From: Escherichia phage vB_EcoM_SA21RB
Length of the DNA stretch: 64,000 bases
Direction: 5' to 3' (one strand)
Sequence record: OL960580
The notes below the pieces were generated by a model. The model had not been told where the DNA came from. It saw only the letters and a list, made by a program, of their open reading frames with translations, and ran no database searches. Position 1 is the first letter of the stretch. Every line of letters starts with the position of its first letter. Below, piece by piece: positions 19,247 through 28,322 of this stretch. Made by a program: the position numbers and the translations under genes.

Positions 19247-20215
19247 TTATTTCAGAAGAGTAACCTCAGCGATTTCTTCCCAACCGTTTTTGTCGGTCAT
19301 AATAAAGTCAGCAAGATAAAGAGCAGTACGCAGTGAAACATTGCGTAAACGATTAACATTGACTTTCATCCATGATAATGCTTTATAAGTTTCTTCATCA
19401 GAAAGACCGCGCTTTTGCATCATGTCAGTTGAAAGAATAACATCTTCAACCCTAACCATAATTTCTTCATTAGTGTGAACACCCAAATCCAAATAAACTG
19501 AGCGGGACACTAATGCTTGTAAATGTGGAGCAAGTTTAGTACCACGGTCTAATTCGCGGTCAATGTCAACGTTTGTGATAAAAACAATCGTTCCTTTAAA
19601 TTCAAACTCGCGCTCAATGCCTTTTTCTTCTAAGTAAGAAGATGCAGTGCTCCAGCAGACTTTACGGGTCTCTCCAGTGTCCAGAGCAGCTTTCAGAAGA
19701 TTAAGAATGTCCATATCAGAGAAAACATCCACATCATCAATCAAAAGGACAGAATTCTCTTCACGATTATTCCAAAGTTGTTCATAAAGACCGATACCGG
19801 AGATTTTACCGTTAATGCTTTTATATTCAATGTATCCATTATCATTTGCTTTATTTAAAGCTTTATCTAAAGAATACGTTTTACCAATACCCGCCGCACC
19901 AGAGATAATTAATGAACGAATGTTTCCGTTAATAATACCATTCGTCATCATTCCCATAACATTAAATCTTTTATTAATGCGGGTTTTCATATCTTCATAC
20001 GATTCTTTAACTTCTTCAACTTTTACACCATCATATGAAATGTCTGATTTGTAAACCCAAACACCACGACGTTTACCGTCAATTTCAACAAAAACTTTAC
20101 CATCTCCTTGTGCATCTACCGGAGCATTATCTGGGAACCATTCACCTAAGAGCTCAAAAGTTCCAGAGATTTCTTTACCGAAGTAGATACCCTTATTGAT
20201 AGTTACAGTTTTCAT
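19247..20215 (-). CDS. P-loop (AAA-like) ATPase
   Basis: 322 aa; Walker A GAAGIGKT, Walker B LLIDDVD, sensor-1-like VFITN. Confidence 0.65.
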   Translation of the reverse strand: MKTVTINKGIYFGKEISGTFELLGEWFPDNAPVDAQGDGKVFVEIDGKRRGVWVYKSDISYDGVKVEEVKESYEDMKTRINKRFNVMGMMTNGIINGNIRSLIISGAAGIGKTYSLDKALNKANDNGYIEYKSINGKISGIGLYEQLWNNREENSVLLIDDVDVFSDMDILNLLKAALDTGETRKVCWSTASSYLEEKGIEREFEFKGTIVFITNVDIDRELDRGTKLAPHLQALVSRSVYLDLGVHTNEEIMVRVEDVILSTDMMQKRGLSDEETYKALSWMKVNVNRLRNVSLRTALYLADFIMTDKNGWEEIAEVTLLK

Positions 20216-20272
20216 TTTATTCTCCTTTGATTTGATAGGACTACTATAACATAGTCCTATCAGTTTGTATAC

Positions 20273-20473
20273 TTATTTTGACATTTCTTCGATGTCACGA
20301 CGATACCCGTCACGAACTTCACGAAGAGCTTCAAGGCCACACATAGGCTCGATACCAGTAATGTGAACTTGATTAATCTGATACTCTACATCTTCTAACT
20401 GAGTGAAAACATAACGACGTTCAGCTGCGCACCCAGATTTAGCTTTACCGAAACGTTTATTCAAAGTAGTCAT
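20273..20473 (-). CDS. hypothetical small protein
   Basis: 66-aa ORF between the ATPase and the nucleotidyltransferase-like gene. Confidence 0.4.
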   Translation of the reverse strand: MTTLNKRFGKAKSGCAAERRYVFTQLEDVEYQINQVHITGIEPMCGLEALREVRDGYRRDIEEMSK

Positions 20474-20504
20474 TTTGTATCTCCAATTTACTCATTTGTT
20501 TTGA

Positions 20505-20543
20505 TAGTTGTATAGTACCATAAAGCTTTATGCTTGTAAACAG
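20505..20543 (-). promoter_or_regulatory. T4 early promoter
   Basis: minus strand GTTTACAAG ... TGGTACTATAC, immediately downstream of the NTase terminator. Confidence 0.6.
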
Positions 20544-20564
20544 TTTTGTGAAAAATTTTTGAAA

Positions 20565-20590
20565 TAAAAAAAGGGAGCCCGAAGGCTCCC
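20565..20590 (-). terminator. rho-independent terminator after the NTase-like gene
   Basis: minus strand GGGAGCCTTCGGGCTCCC followed by TTTTTTT. Confidence 0.7.
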
Positions 20591-20592
20591 TA

Positions 20593-21606
20593 TCATTTAT
20601 AATAACTTCGGTGGTTTTCAAGATAGACCTTCTCAAGGAAGTCATCCCAGAAACCCATGTCCACTTTTTGCTGCATACCGTTCTTAGAAGCTTCAGTAGA
20701 TGCTGCTTCTACTTGATCGACCACATCTTCCAAAAACTCTTGAACTGTTTTAAATGGATGTTTACCCAACTTCACGTCGAGAATAAATGGAGCATCTTGG
20801 AGTGGATAAACCAAGTCACCAGTTTTGTAAATTTCCAATAGTTGAAGTCCACCACGACAAGCATGGCTCAGAGCTTTCCAGTCAATGCCTTCATTGGCTT
20901 CGGCCTTACGAGCACGTTCACCGTATTCAGCATCTAATTTGTTCAGTGACTGTTTAAGCTCAATAAGAGAAAGAGTTGTCTGATATTTACGACCCAACAC
21001 AGTGTAGAACGTTTGTGGGCCTGTTTTCTCATGATTATGGAACACCCATTCACAGAATTCGTTTTCTGGAAGACGATGCTTAATATCTTCAACTTTAGTG
21101 CGACGTTGCTTAATGGAACCGTCTTCTTGGTAATCAACCCATTGCTCAGGGATTTGATTAACTACTTTCAATACATCACGTAATGCAGCCAAACGAGAAC
21201 CCTTGACACCGTATTTAGAAGCTTGCTTGCGAACATATCCTAAATAGGATTTCATGTTAGTCGTATAAAAACGAGAACGATTGTCTTGAATAAACTTCCA
21301 CACATCAGGCAAATCAGATTTAACCACTAGTTCAGGTGGAGTGTGAAGCATATCCAATGCTACAGTTTCACCATCTGCTGCTAATTTAAAGAAATATTTA
21401 AGACTGTATAGTTCATGGTCAATATCATCTTTAGTGTTTTTAGATGATGTGTTGTTAGTGTTTTTACTCATGTGTTCTTTGACATTTCCGATAAGAATAT
21501 CGCGAGCAGGAGGAACAAAGATTTCTTTAAAATCTACATCAGATTCTGGAGTAGAAGTTCCATAAAGATGACTACCAAAATAGCTTTTCATTACTGTTTT
21601 CATCAT
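20593..21606 (-). CDS. nucleotidyltransferase-fold protein (minimal-NTase-like N-terminus)
   Basis: 337 aa; N-terminal GSHLYGTSTPESDVDF fits the pol-beta-superfamily GS...[DE]h[DE]h signature; followed by a hairpin terminator. Confidence 0.55.
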   Translation of the reverse strand: MMKTVMKSYFGSHLYGTSTPESDVDFKEIFVPPARDILIGNVKEHMSKNTNNTSSKNTKDDIDHELYSLKYFFKLAADGETVALDMLHTPPELVVKSDLPDVWKFIQDNRSRFYTTNMKSYLGYVRKQASKYGVKGSRLAALRDVLKVVNQIPEQWVDYQEDGSIKQRRTKVEDIKHRLPENEFCEWVFHNHEKTGPQTFYTVLGRKYQTTLSLIELKQSLNKLDAEYGERARKAEANEGIDWKALSHACRGGLQLLEIYKTGDLVYPLQDAPFILDVKLGKHPFKTVQEFLEDVVDQVEAASTEASKNGMQQKVDMGFWDDFLEKVYLENHRSYYK

Positions 21607-22064
21607 TCAGCCTTATATTCAATAACAGGACATACTTTAGCTTTACGAGCTTTTAAAAATTCGACGATAATCGATTTCTTGGGTTGAATAGGAGGTAAAC
21701 CTTTATACGCTCTATCAATATTTTCTACGTGTAAAGCATAATCCTTTTTCCATTTATAATCTTTATATTTTTCACGCAAATGTGCAGGAATAACAAATGA
21801 ACCGATAATAAGTAAAACAACCAAAAGTGCAAGTATAAATGCCGATGGAAGAAGAGTCCATAAACTACCGAAAATAAGCCAACGTTGTAGGCTTTCTGCA
21901 CAAATAATTGTTAACCCTACGAGTATAGCACACCCAAAAATAGAAACGAAAAATGTAGGAATGGCAATAGACCAAAAATATGCGCATAATGTCTTAGGTC
22001 GTTGCCATTCATCGTTAAACAATTTGAATAATTTATAGTGCCAAGAGTTTTCATTAATAATCAT
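21603..22064 (-). CDS. membrane protein (multiple hydrophobic segments)
   Basis: 153 aa; at least three hydrophobic helices. Confidence 0.5.
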   Translation of the reverse strand: MIINENSWHYKLFKLFNDEWQRPKTLCAYFWSIAIPTFFVSIFGCAILVGLTIICAESLQRWLIFGSLWTLLPSAFILALLVVLLIIGSFVIPAHLREKYKDYKWKKDYALHVENIDRAYKGLPPIQPKKSIIVEFLKARKAKVCPVIEYKAE

Positions 22065-22066
22065 AA

Positions 22067-22588
22067 TTATCCTTTCATTGAAGGCGTAACGGTTGTTAAA
22101 TACTTAATCATAGCTTCAGCTTCTGATTTTGATAATGAAATTTCTCCATTGTTTTGACGAATAGAAATAAAATCCGGATGACGGTCACCACCAGCTTTTA
22201 AAACACACATATAAGTATCAACTTCACCTTCAATATTTGAAATGATTGAAGCAGTTCCACATGAATGTGGTTTTTGATAAATCAATGCAGCTTTTCTTCC
22301 ACCGTTTGACTGTTCATAGGCTTTTAATACATCAAGCAAATCAGTTCTTTTATCAATAGCTAAAATGTTATTTTCATCCTCAATGTTAAATCCTTCGGAT
22401 ACTTCATAAAGTGTTACCCATAAATCACCGATGTCAATAACAGCATTTACGCTTCCACGGCTTTCAAGAGTATGACAAATTTTCTTGATTTCATCATAAC
22501 TCATTTTAATAATATCATCTCCTTGACTAAGGAAGATGTCATTTTTAAATTCAACACGAATTAAACCACTTTCACTTGAAATAAACAT
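22067..22588 (-). CDS. hypothetical protein (paralog of 22595-23152)
   Basis: 173 aa; C-terminal SKSEAEAMIKYLTTVTPSM similar to neighbour NKDEAIALKTYLDSVIPTM. Confidence 0.5.
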   Translation of the reverse strand: MFISSESGLIRVEFKNDIFLSQGDDIIKMSYDEIKKICHTLESRGSVNAVIDIGDLWVTLYEVSEGFNIEDENNILAIDKRTDLLDVLKAYEQSNGGRKAALIYQKPHSCGTASIISNIEGEVDTYMCVLKAGGDRHPDFISIRQNNGEISLSKSEAEAMIKYLTTVTPSMKG

Positions 22589-22594
22589 ATTTCC

Positions 22595-23152
22595 TCACTT
22601 TGAAATCATAGTTGGAATAACAGAATCAAGATAAGTCTTTAGTGCAATAGCTTCGTCTTTGTTTAATGTAATGATATGTGATCGAAAATCGTCAATTTGA
22701 CGAATAGATACTACATCTCCCTCTTCATAGCATTTTGACACATTTAAAATAGTTTCATCATTCTGATTACAGGAGTTAGTAATAATAGCATTACATTTTT
22801 TAAACCATTTTAAATTATGTTTTCTTTTAGTAGAATCATAAAAATATTTAATGTTAGTTATAAAATTATCCCAATTATTAATTGATAAGCACATTGACTC
22901 GCTTTTAATATTAAATCCTGGGCATGAAGAATAAAAATGAATTTTATGCTCATCATTAATGCTTACAATTTTATCAGTGTAAGCATATTCAATTTGGGTT
23001 AAACGAACAATTTCACTAGGCGTAAAATATAACATATCATCTTCTTGCGTCAAACGATACATGTTATTTACTTTTTCGATCGCTAATTCACCAAAAAGCA
23101 CACTATCTTCTAATACTAATCGTTTCATATTGATTCTCTTCGACTCACTCAC
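22595..23152 (-). CDS. hypothetical protein (paralog of 22067-22588)
   Basis: 185 aa; shared C-terminal motif with neighbour. Confidence 0.5.
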   Translation of the reverse strand: MSESKRINMKRLVLEDSVLFGELAIEKVNNMYRLTQEDDMLYFTPSEIVRLTQIEYAYTDKIVSINDEHKIHFYSSCPGFNIKSESMCLSINNWDNFITNIKYFYDSTKRKHNLKWFKKCNAIITNSCNQNDETILNVSKCYEEGDVVSIRQIDDFRSHIITLNKDEAIALKTYLDSVIPTMISK

Positions 23153-23282
23153 AATTACATACTCCTTTGAATAATATCAATAATGTTGTTCACCAGATTA
23201 TAAGTAAACAATGGGTAATTATATTGAATCATCACATACACAACAAACAAAACTTTCATTCTCTTCTCCTTGGCAGTTGGCA

Positions 23283-23319
23283 AGATTACTATACCATAAC
23301 CTTGCCAACTTGTAAACCA
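23283..23319 (-). promoter_or_regulatory. T4 early promoter
   Basis: minus strand GTTTACAAG ... TGGTATAGTAAT. Confidence 0.55.
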
Positions 23320-23482
23320 TTAAATGACGTTTTCGATAAAATTCTGAAGCTTTGTATGAGCATCAACCATGATTTTCATTTCTTCTTTGGCGAAAGCTGT
23401 ACCTCTTTCCCGAGAAGAACATTCATAGTCAGAAACTGCATTAGCATATTCTTCAATTAGCTTCATTAAAAACATCTGCTTT

Positions 23483-23677
23483 TCAGTTTTCATTATTCCA
23501 CCTAATCATTTCAAGATATTGAACTAACTTAGCTTTGGATTTATCCAAATCCTTTTTAGCTGCTTCTATACCGTCGTATGAATATCCTTCACAATGCTCA
23601 ACTGCTAATTGATATGAATCTATTTCAATATCACGTGCTAATTTAATGATTTTTTCAAACTGTTCGCGTGTTAGCAT
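23483..23677 (-). CDS. hypothetical small protein
   Basis: 64-aa ORF. Confidence 0.4.
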   Translation of the reverse strand: MLTREQFEKIIKLARDIEIDSYQLAVEHCEGYSYDGIEAAKKDLDKSKAKLVQYLEMIRWNNEN

Positions 23678-23679
23678 AC

Positions 23680-23919
23680 TTAAACTCTCGTATTATGATC
23701 GATAATTTCATCAAGAAACATATCTAACGCTTCTAAAGCATTATCAACTTTAGCTTCAAGTTCATCAATACCTTTATTTGCAATGCCTGACGAAAACCAA
23801 GCAAAGTCACTAAGTTCCTCATCTGCTTTACGAATTAAAGCTACCAATTCTTTAATCTTATCAGCTTGTTCGATACTAATCATTATTCCACCACATATGA
23901 AAGAGAGAATATTGCACAC
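23680..23919 (-). CDS. hypothetical small acidic protein
   Basis: 79-aa ORF. Confidence 0.4.
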
Positions 23920-24071
23920 GCCATATGAGTTGCAACTTCATCACACATATTATAACGTTTCTTAAGAAGTTCTACAAGTTCTTCACTAGTAACTTCATCC
24001 ATGTCGACGAAAAAATCACCATTAATGATGACGTAGATATTTCCTTCTTGATTGAGTGCTTCAATTTTCAT
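23883..24071 (-). CDS. hypothetical small protein
   Basis: track ORF trimmed to ATG 24071 (MKIEALNQ...) because an early promoter -10 lies inside the longer ORF. Confidence 0.4.
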
Positions 24072-24093
24072 GATGTTCTCCTCTTTATCCGAT

Positions 24094-24130
24094 AGTTGTA
24101 TAGTACCACAGCTCAAACGGAAAGTAAACC
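24094..24130 (-). promoter_or_regulatory. T4 early promoter
   Basis: minus strand GTTTAC ... TGGTACTATAC. Confidence 0.6.
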
Positions 24131-24138
24131 GGTAAAAT

Positions 24139-24160
24139 GAAAAAAGTCTCCCGAAGGAGA
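24139..24160 (-). terminator. rho-independent terminator
   Basis: minus strand GTCTCCTTCGGGAGAC followed by TTTTTT. Confidence 0.65.
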
Positions 24161-24166
24161 CTAATG

Positions 24167-24553
24167 TTATTCGAGGGAAAGAAGATACTTACTCTGGTAA
24201 AACATCCCAGTAATATCATCTATCGTGCTTTGAATGGCTGGAGGCATTTCTTTATAAATGCTGTTAGATTGGTCTAGTATGCGATCAATCATTTTAATTG
24301 TGTCGGTAGGAAGTTTACTGGCATCTGGAATTGAAGGCGTGTATTTTCTACCAGAATACCCCAAATATTGCTCACCAAATTTATCAATCAAATCTGGCAA
24401 CTCGGAGAAAATAAAATCGTATGCTTTGTGTCTAGCATAACTTTTAGTTTCAAAATGTGCAGAATGAAAATAAGCTTGTGCAGCCATTAATAAACCTAAG
24501 TATTCATCTGCCTTTGAAGGTTTTCCACTTTGTGAAAAGTCGCTGAATTTCAT
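24167..24553 (-). CDS. hypothetical protein
   Basis: 128-aa ORF followed by a hairpin terminator; 4-nt overlap with rI stop. Confidence 0.45.
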
Positions 24554-24843
24554 TCAGTCTCCAATTTAATTTTCATAATTCTAGCGTATGATTGTGCCAT
24601 CTCCGCGCCTCGCTCTATACATTCAAAATCAGAAGAGCACGGGTCATTTTTATAGGTCGTTCTCATAAAACTATAGAATTGTTCAGACGATTCTACACTT
24701 TTATTTTCAAAAAGTGTATAAACGTGCCTAATACCAGATTCCATAAATTTATCAAAATGAGGATCGACATTCGCTTCAATCGATGGAGATAAAACAAATG
24801 ACAATCCTAGCATGGCAAAAAGTGCCGTTGCTTTTAAGGCCAT
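24550..24843 (-). CDS. rI: lysis inhibition regulator RI (periplasmic antiholin)
   Basis: 97 aa; MALKATALFAMLGLSFVLSPSIEA signal-anchor; near-identical to remembered T4 RI. Confidence 0.88.
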   Translation of the reverse strand: MALKATALFAMLGLSFVLSPSIEANVDPHFDKFMESGIRHVYTLFENKSVESSEQFYSFMRTTYKNDPCSSDFECIERGAEMAQSYARIMKIKLETE

Positions 24844-24855
24844 AAAGGCCTCCTA

Positions 24856-25068
24856 TCATTTTTGTCCTGTATTTACTTTATGCCGATGCACGGCCTTAAC
24901 TTTATCAAGGTATTTTTCAAAATTTCGCAATCTAGTATAGTCTGCCGGAGATTGGTTGAGTGATACTTCTCGACGCAAAGCTGAAATAACATTTCCAACT
25001 TCCCTACGAATTTCATCTAATTGAAGAACAGTAAGATTGCGAAGTTGCTTTTCAGTTAATTGTAGCAT
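24856..25068 (-). CDS. hypothetical protein between tk and rI
   Basis: 70-aa ORF. Confidence 0.45.
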   Translation of the reverse strand: MLQLTEKQLRNLTVLQLDEIRREVGNVISALRREVSLNQSPADYTRLRNFEKYLDKVKAVHRHKVNTGQK

Positions 25069-25110
25069 ATATACCCCTTTAGTTAGATAAACCTATTTAT
25101 AACTTTTGCA

Positions 25111-25692
25111 CTAACCGAGCTTTTTAGTTAATTCATTCCAATGTTTTCTACACAAAGAAACATAAATTTCATCACCAATACAGATTTGATTACCTTCTTT
25201 AACTGGTGTTCCATCTTCCATTAATCGAGCTGTCATAATCGCTTTTTTACCACAATGACAAACTGCTTTTAGTTCAATAAGTTTATCTGCAATCGCCAAA
25301 AGTTCTTTAGAACCTTCAAATAATTTTCCAGCGAAATCAGTCCTTAGCCCATAAGCCATAACAGGAACATTATATGTATCAACAATTCGGCTTAATTGAT
25401 GCACTTGTTCAGTTTTTAAAAACTGAGCTTCATCTACAAATACGCAATGAATATCTTTTTGTGCTTCAGCCCATTTATAGAACTCAAAAATATCCATATC
25501 ATCCGTAATAATATTCGCTTCCTGTTTAATTCCAATGCGAGAAACGACTTCACAGACAGAATCGCGAGTATCAATAGCAGGCTTAAGAACTAATACACTC
25601 ATTCCACGTTCTTTATAATTATGTGCAGCAGTCAAAAGAGAAGCAGATTTTCCAGCATTCATTGCTGCATAAGTAAAAATTAAACTCGCCAT
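25111..25692 (-). CDS. tk: thymidine kinase
   Basis: 193 aa; P-loop AAMNAGKS, Walker B FVDEAQF and C-terminal zinc cysteines CHCG...CRKH. Confidence 0.92.
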   Translation of the reverse strand: MASLIFTYAAMNAGKSASLLTAAHNYKERGMSVLVLKPAIDTRDSVCEVVSRIGIKQEANIITDDMDIFEFYKWAEAQKDIHCVFVDEAQFLKTEQVHQLSRIVDTYNVPVMAYGLRTDFAGKLFEGSKELLAIADKLIELKAVCHCGKKAIMTARLMEDGTPVKEGNQICIGDEIYVSLCRKHWNELTKKLG

Positions 25693-25701
25693 ATCACCTT
25701 C

Positions 25702-25887
25702 TTAAAGCGTATTCACATAAGCTATTAATTCGTTTTCTTTCTTATCAAACCGATCAGCAAATTCTTCTTGCTGTTCGGGAGATAGCGGGCCGTATTCATC
25801 ATAAAAGGTGTTTGCTTCTGTATGCTCATCTAGAAGTTCATGGATAAGCTCAAACAATTTATCTTTTTGTTCTTTACTCAGACTCAT
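25702..25887 (-). CDS. hypothetical small acidic protein
   Basis: 61-aa ORF. Confidence 0.4.
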   Translation of the reverse strand: MSLSKEQKDKLFELIHELLDEHTEANTFYDEYGPLSPEQQEEFADRFDKKENELIAYVNTL

Positions 25888-26056
25888 ATATTAATTCCAG
25901 GAGTTTTAAAATAATTCGCTTTTGCTTAAATATTTCCATAGTTAAATGACCAGTATCTTTTTGACCGATTCCAATGGCAAAACCTTTATTAACAGCGAGT
26001 TCAATTAAATTATCAAGCTCACGTAACACTTCGTATTGTAACTCAAAACTATTCAT
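25874..26056 (-). CDS. hypothetical small protein
   Basis: 60-aa ORF. Confidence 0.4.
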   Translation of the reverse strand: MNSFELQYEVLRELDNLIELAVNKGFAIGIGQKDTGHLTMEIFKQKRIILKLLELIYESE

Positions 26057-26280
26057 TTTGGTTTACCTTCTTTAACGAAATCAGGATAAGGATAAAATCC
26101 TGAATAAAATCCTTCACCTTTATGATTGATGCATCCTTTATTAGAACAATAGCACCAATAATCGAAATCACAAGTCATTTCATCGTTGCATAAAGCAAAA
26201 ACAACCGGCCACTTACACTTTTCACAGTGGGCATTTTTAAGAATACTAGTTTGGCTCATAACCATGTAACCTTTAAGCAA
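26053..26280 (-). CDS. cysteine-rich small protein (possible zinc-binding)
   Basis: 75 aa; CEKCKW...CNDEMTCDFDYWCYCSNKGC. Confidence 0.45.
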   Translation of the reverse strand: MLKGYMVMSQTSILKNAHCEKCKWPVVFALCNDEMTCDFDYWCYCSNKGCINHKGEGFYSGFYPYPDFVKEGKPK

Positions 26281-26468
26281 TATTCTTCTACATGTTGTTT
26301 ACGACCTTTCTTATCAATAAAGGTATATTCAACGAATGTTCCAATGTAGTCTTTATCTACATCATGTGGACTATTAATTGGACATTTAGTGCGGCAAATG
26401 CGTTCCCATTGACGAATAATTACTGCTTTGTTTTTAGGATCAAACGGATGTGGGTAATGTACTTTCAT
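26256..26468 (-). CDS. hypothetical small protein
   Basis: 70-aa ORF. Confidence 0.4.
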   Translation of the reverse strand: MKVHYPHPFDPKNKAVIIRQWERICRTKCPINSPHDVDKDYIGTFVEYTFIDKKGRKQHVEEYCLKVTWL

Positions 26469-26919
26469 AATCCACCACTATTAAATCAATATCAGGAGTA
26501 AACATGTCGATTAATTTAGAAACCTTATCCCAATCACCGCCAGCAATACCACAACCTATGCGTGGAATGTAAATTACTGGTTTAAACAAAAGGGTTTCTG
26601 CCTGTAGATTTAATTCTATCATGCAGTTTACTAAAGCACCATAATCAAGATTAGGACCTGGTTCGTATTGCGTATACAGGTTATAGCATATACCAAATCC
26701 CGTAGGACTATGTTTAAAAACAATAGACATATCGCCTAATTTATCACGAGAACCGTACTCAGTAGTGGTTTTATCTATTTCTAAAATTTTGGGATAGGCT
26801 CTTGCTAATTGACCCGCTACGCCTGAACCCATAGTATGAAAACAATTGCACCCGTGCGCAATAATATTACCTTGAAGAAATAGGGCGACAATATCGCCCT
26901 TGATATATTTTACAATCAT
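26440..26919 (-). CDS. macro-domain protein (ADP-ribose binding/processing fold)
   Basis: 159 aa; KGDIV...IIAHGCNCFHTMGSGVAGQLA and IGCGIAGGDWDKV match the two glycine-rich macro-domain motifs. Confidence 0.6.
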   Translation of the reverse strand: MIVKYIKGDIVALFLQGNIIAHGCNCFHTMGSGVAGQLARAYPKILEIDKTTTEYGSRDKLGDMSIVFKHSPTGFGICYNLYTQYEPGPNLDYGALVNCMIELNLQAETLLFKPVIYIPRIGCGIAGGDWDKVSKLIDMFTPDIDLIVVDYESTLPTSV

Positions 26920-27257
26920 CTAGTACTCAATCCTCGATTATAAGAATCTACCAAACGGTCAACCATTGAATGACAAGCGGCTTTATCTTTTTCCTCCGCA
27001 ACTGAACATTCTAGGGTATTCCACTTTTTAGCATATCGTTTTAACAATGTATCATTTTTGTATCTGCTTGATTTATCTCTTTCTCCGTCTTTATATGCAT
27101 ATATTAATTTCTGTGCAAATTCAGCTTGGCATGCTTTATTTTTCCCGCAATAATCCGCTGCAGTACGGTTTACATACTCTCTAATTTCAGTATATGATGT
27201 ATCTGCTAACGCAGAAAATGAAATTAATCCTATACATAAAACCAAAATTTTAGTCAT
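26916..27257 (-). CDS. secreted small protein (signal peptide)
   Basis: 113 aa; N-terminal MTKILVLCIGLISFSALA signal peptide, four cysteines. Confidence 0.5.
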   Translation of the reverse strand: MTKILVLCIGLISFSALADTSYTEIREYVNRTAADYCGKNKACQAEFAQKLIYAYKDGERDKSSRYKNDTLLKRYAKKWNTLECSVAEEKDKAACHSMVDRLVDSYNRGLSTR

Positions 27258-27795
27258 TTACTATTTCCAAAAGTTTATTATTTTTAAGGTAATTAGCCTT
27301 TTCTAGGACTTCAGAAGCATATTTAGAACCTGCTTTAACATTCCATCCCGAATTATAAGAGGATATTGCTTTTCTTATATCGCCCTTATGTATATTTAAC
27401 CAATAAGAAAGTTCAATGTACGCCCAGGAAGCTGAATTGGATCGTTTATTCAACATTCTTTTTATTTCAGCATCGGTCATATTATAACCAAGTTCCTTAA
27501 CTCTTGCTCGCATAGTAGGCAAATAATTTTGGAACATTCCATAAGCGTGATGCTTTGGTTTAGATTTTAAATTAACTCCGCCAGAGCTTTCTTGCCATAA
27601 AATAGCAGCCATTATATGACCTAATCCGCTCTTGTGGATATTTTTGTGTGTTTTATATTTTCCATCCTTAGAAAATTGTTCCCCGAATTGATACGCGTAA
27701 CGCATGTTATCGAGTTGGACATTACTGAAAGTATGCTCGGAGCTATGTGCCATCATTGAAATGGCCAATAGACCAGCGAGTAGTGCTTTTCTCAT
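27250..27795 (-). CDS. secreted lytic transglycosylase-like protein (SLT domain)
   Basis: 181 aa; signal peptide MRKALLAGLLAISMMAHS; ILWQESSGG...YGMFQ resembles the SLT catalytic-Glu motif. Confidence 0.55.
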   Translation of the reverse strand: MRKALLAGLLAISMMAHSSEHTFSNVQLDNMRYAYQFGEQFSKDGKYKTHKNIHKSGLGHIMAAILWQESSGGVNLKSKPKHHAYGMFQNYLPTMRARVKELGYNMTDAEIKRMLNKRSNSASWAYIELSYWLNIHKGDIRKAISSYNSGWNVKAGSKYASEVLEKANYLKNNKLLEIVND

Positions 27796-27802
27796 GCTTA
27801 CC

Positions 27803-28264
27803 TCATTGAGTTTTAATTACTGCTTTAGAAGCCTTTCCTGGTAAACGACGACTGTTAATAATTGCCATCCTGCATTGAAGCGACGGGTCTTTGAACTTCG
27901 CATTAGGTTTACAAACTGTAAATCCAAGCCAAAGATTTCCATCTGTGATTTCTAAACGTCCAGGACGATATTCAACCCCATCAATAAAATCCTCGTCAAT
28001 GTCAGGACGAGGAGGCATACTCAGGAATTCATTAACTTCTAAAACATGGTCTTTTATTTTATGGAATAATTCAAAAACGTATGTCTCATCAATCTCCCGT
28101 TGAATTGCACGATCAAGAAGATGTTGAGAATATTTTAGATGAAACGATGAGACCCCTGCTGCTTTTGATGCCTCACGAATCTCATTGTTAATTTGACGAA
28201 ACTCCGACTCAAAGTGACGACGAAGCTTATTTCGACGGATAAAAACTTCTGTGTTGATAGTCAT
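27803..28264 (-). CDS. regB: endoribonuclease RegB
   Basis: 153 aa; sequence MTINTEVFIRRNKLRRHFESEF matches T4 RegB; early promoter directly upstream. Confidence 0.88.
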   Translation of the reverse strand: MTINTEVFIRRNKLRRHFESEFRQINNEIREASKAAGVSSFHLKYSQHLLDRAIQREIDETYVFELFHKIKDHVLEVNEFLSMPPRPDIDEDFIDGVEYRPGRLEITDGNLWLGFTVCKPNAKFKDPSLQCRMAIINSRRLPGKASKAVIKTQ

Positions 28265-28287
28265 GTTATTCTCCTCTTAACTGATAG

Positions 28288-28322
28288 AAAAATTATACCA
28301 CAGTCAAGAGGAAAAGTAAACA
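28288..28322 (-). promoter_or_regulatory. T4 early promoter for regB
   Basis: minus strand GTTTAC ... TGGTATAAT, 25-60 nt upstream of regB. Confidence 0.65.
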
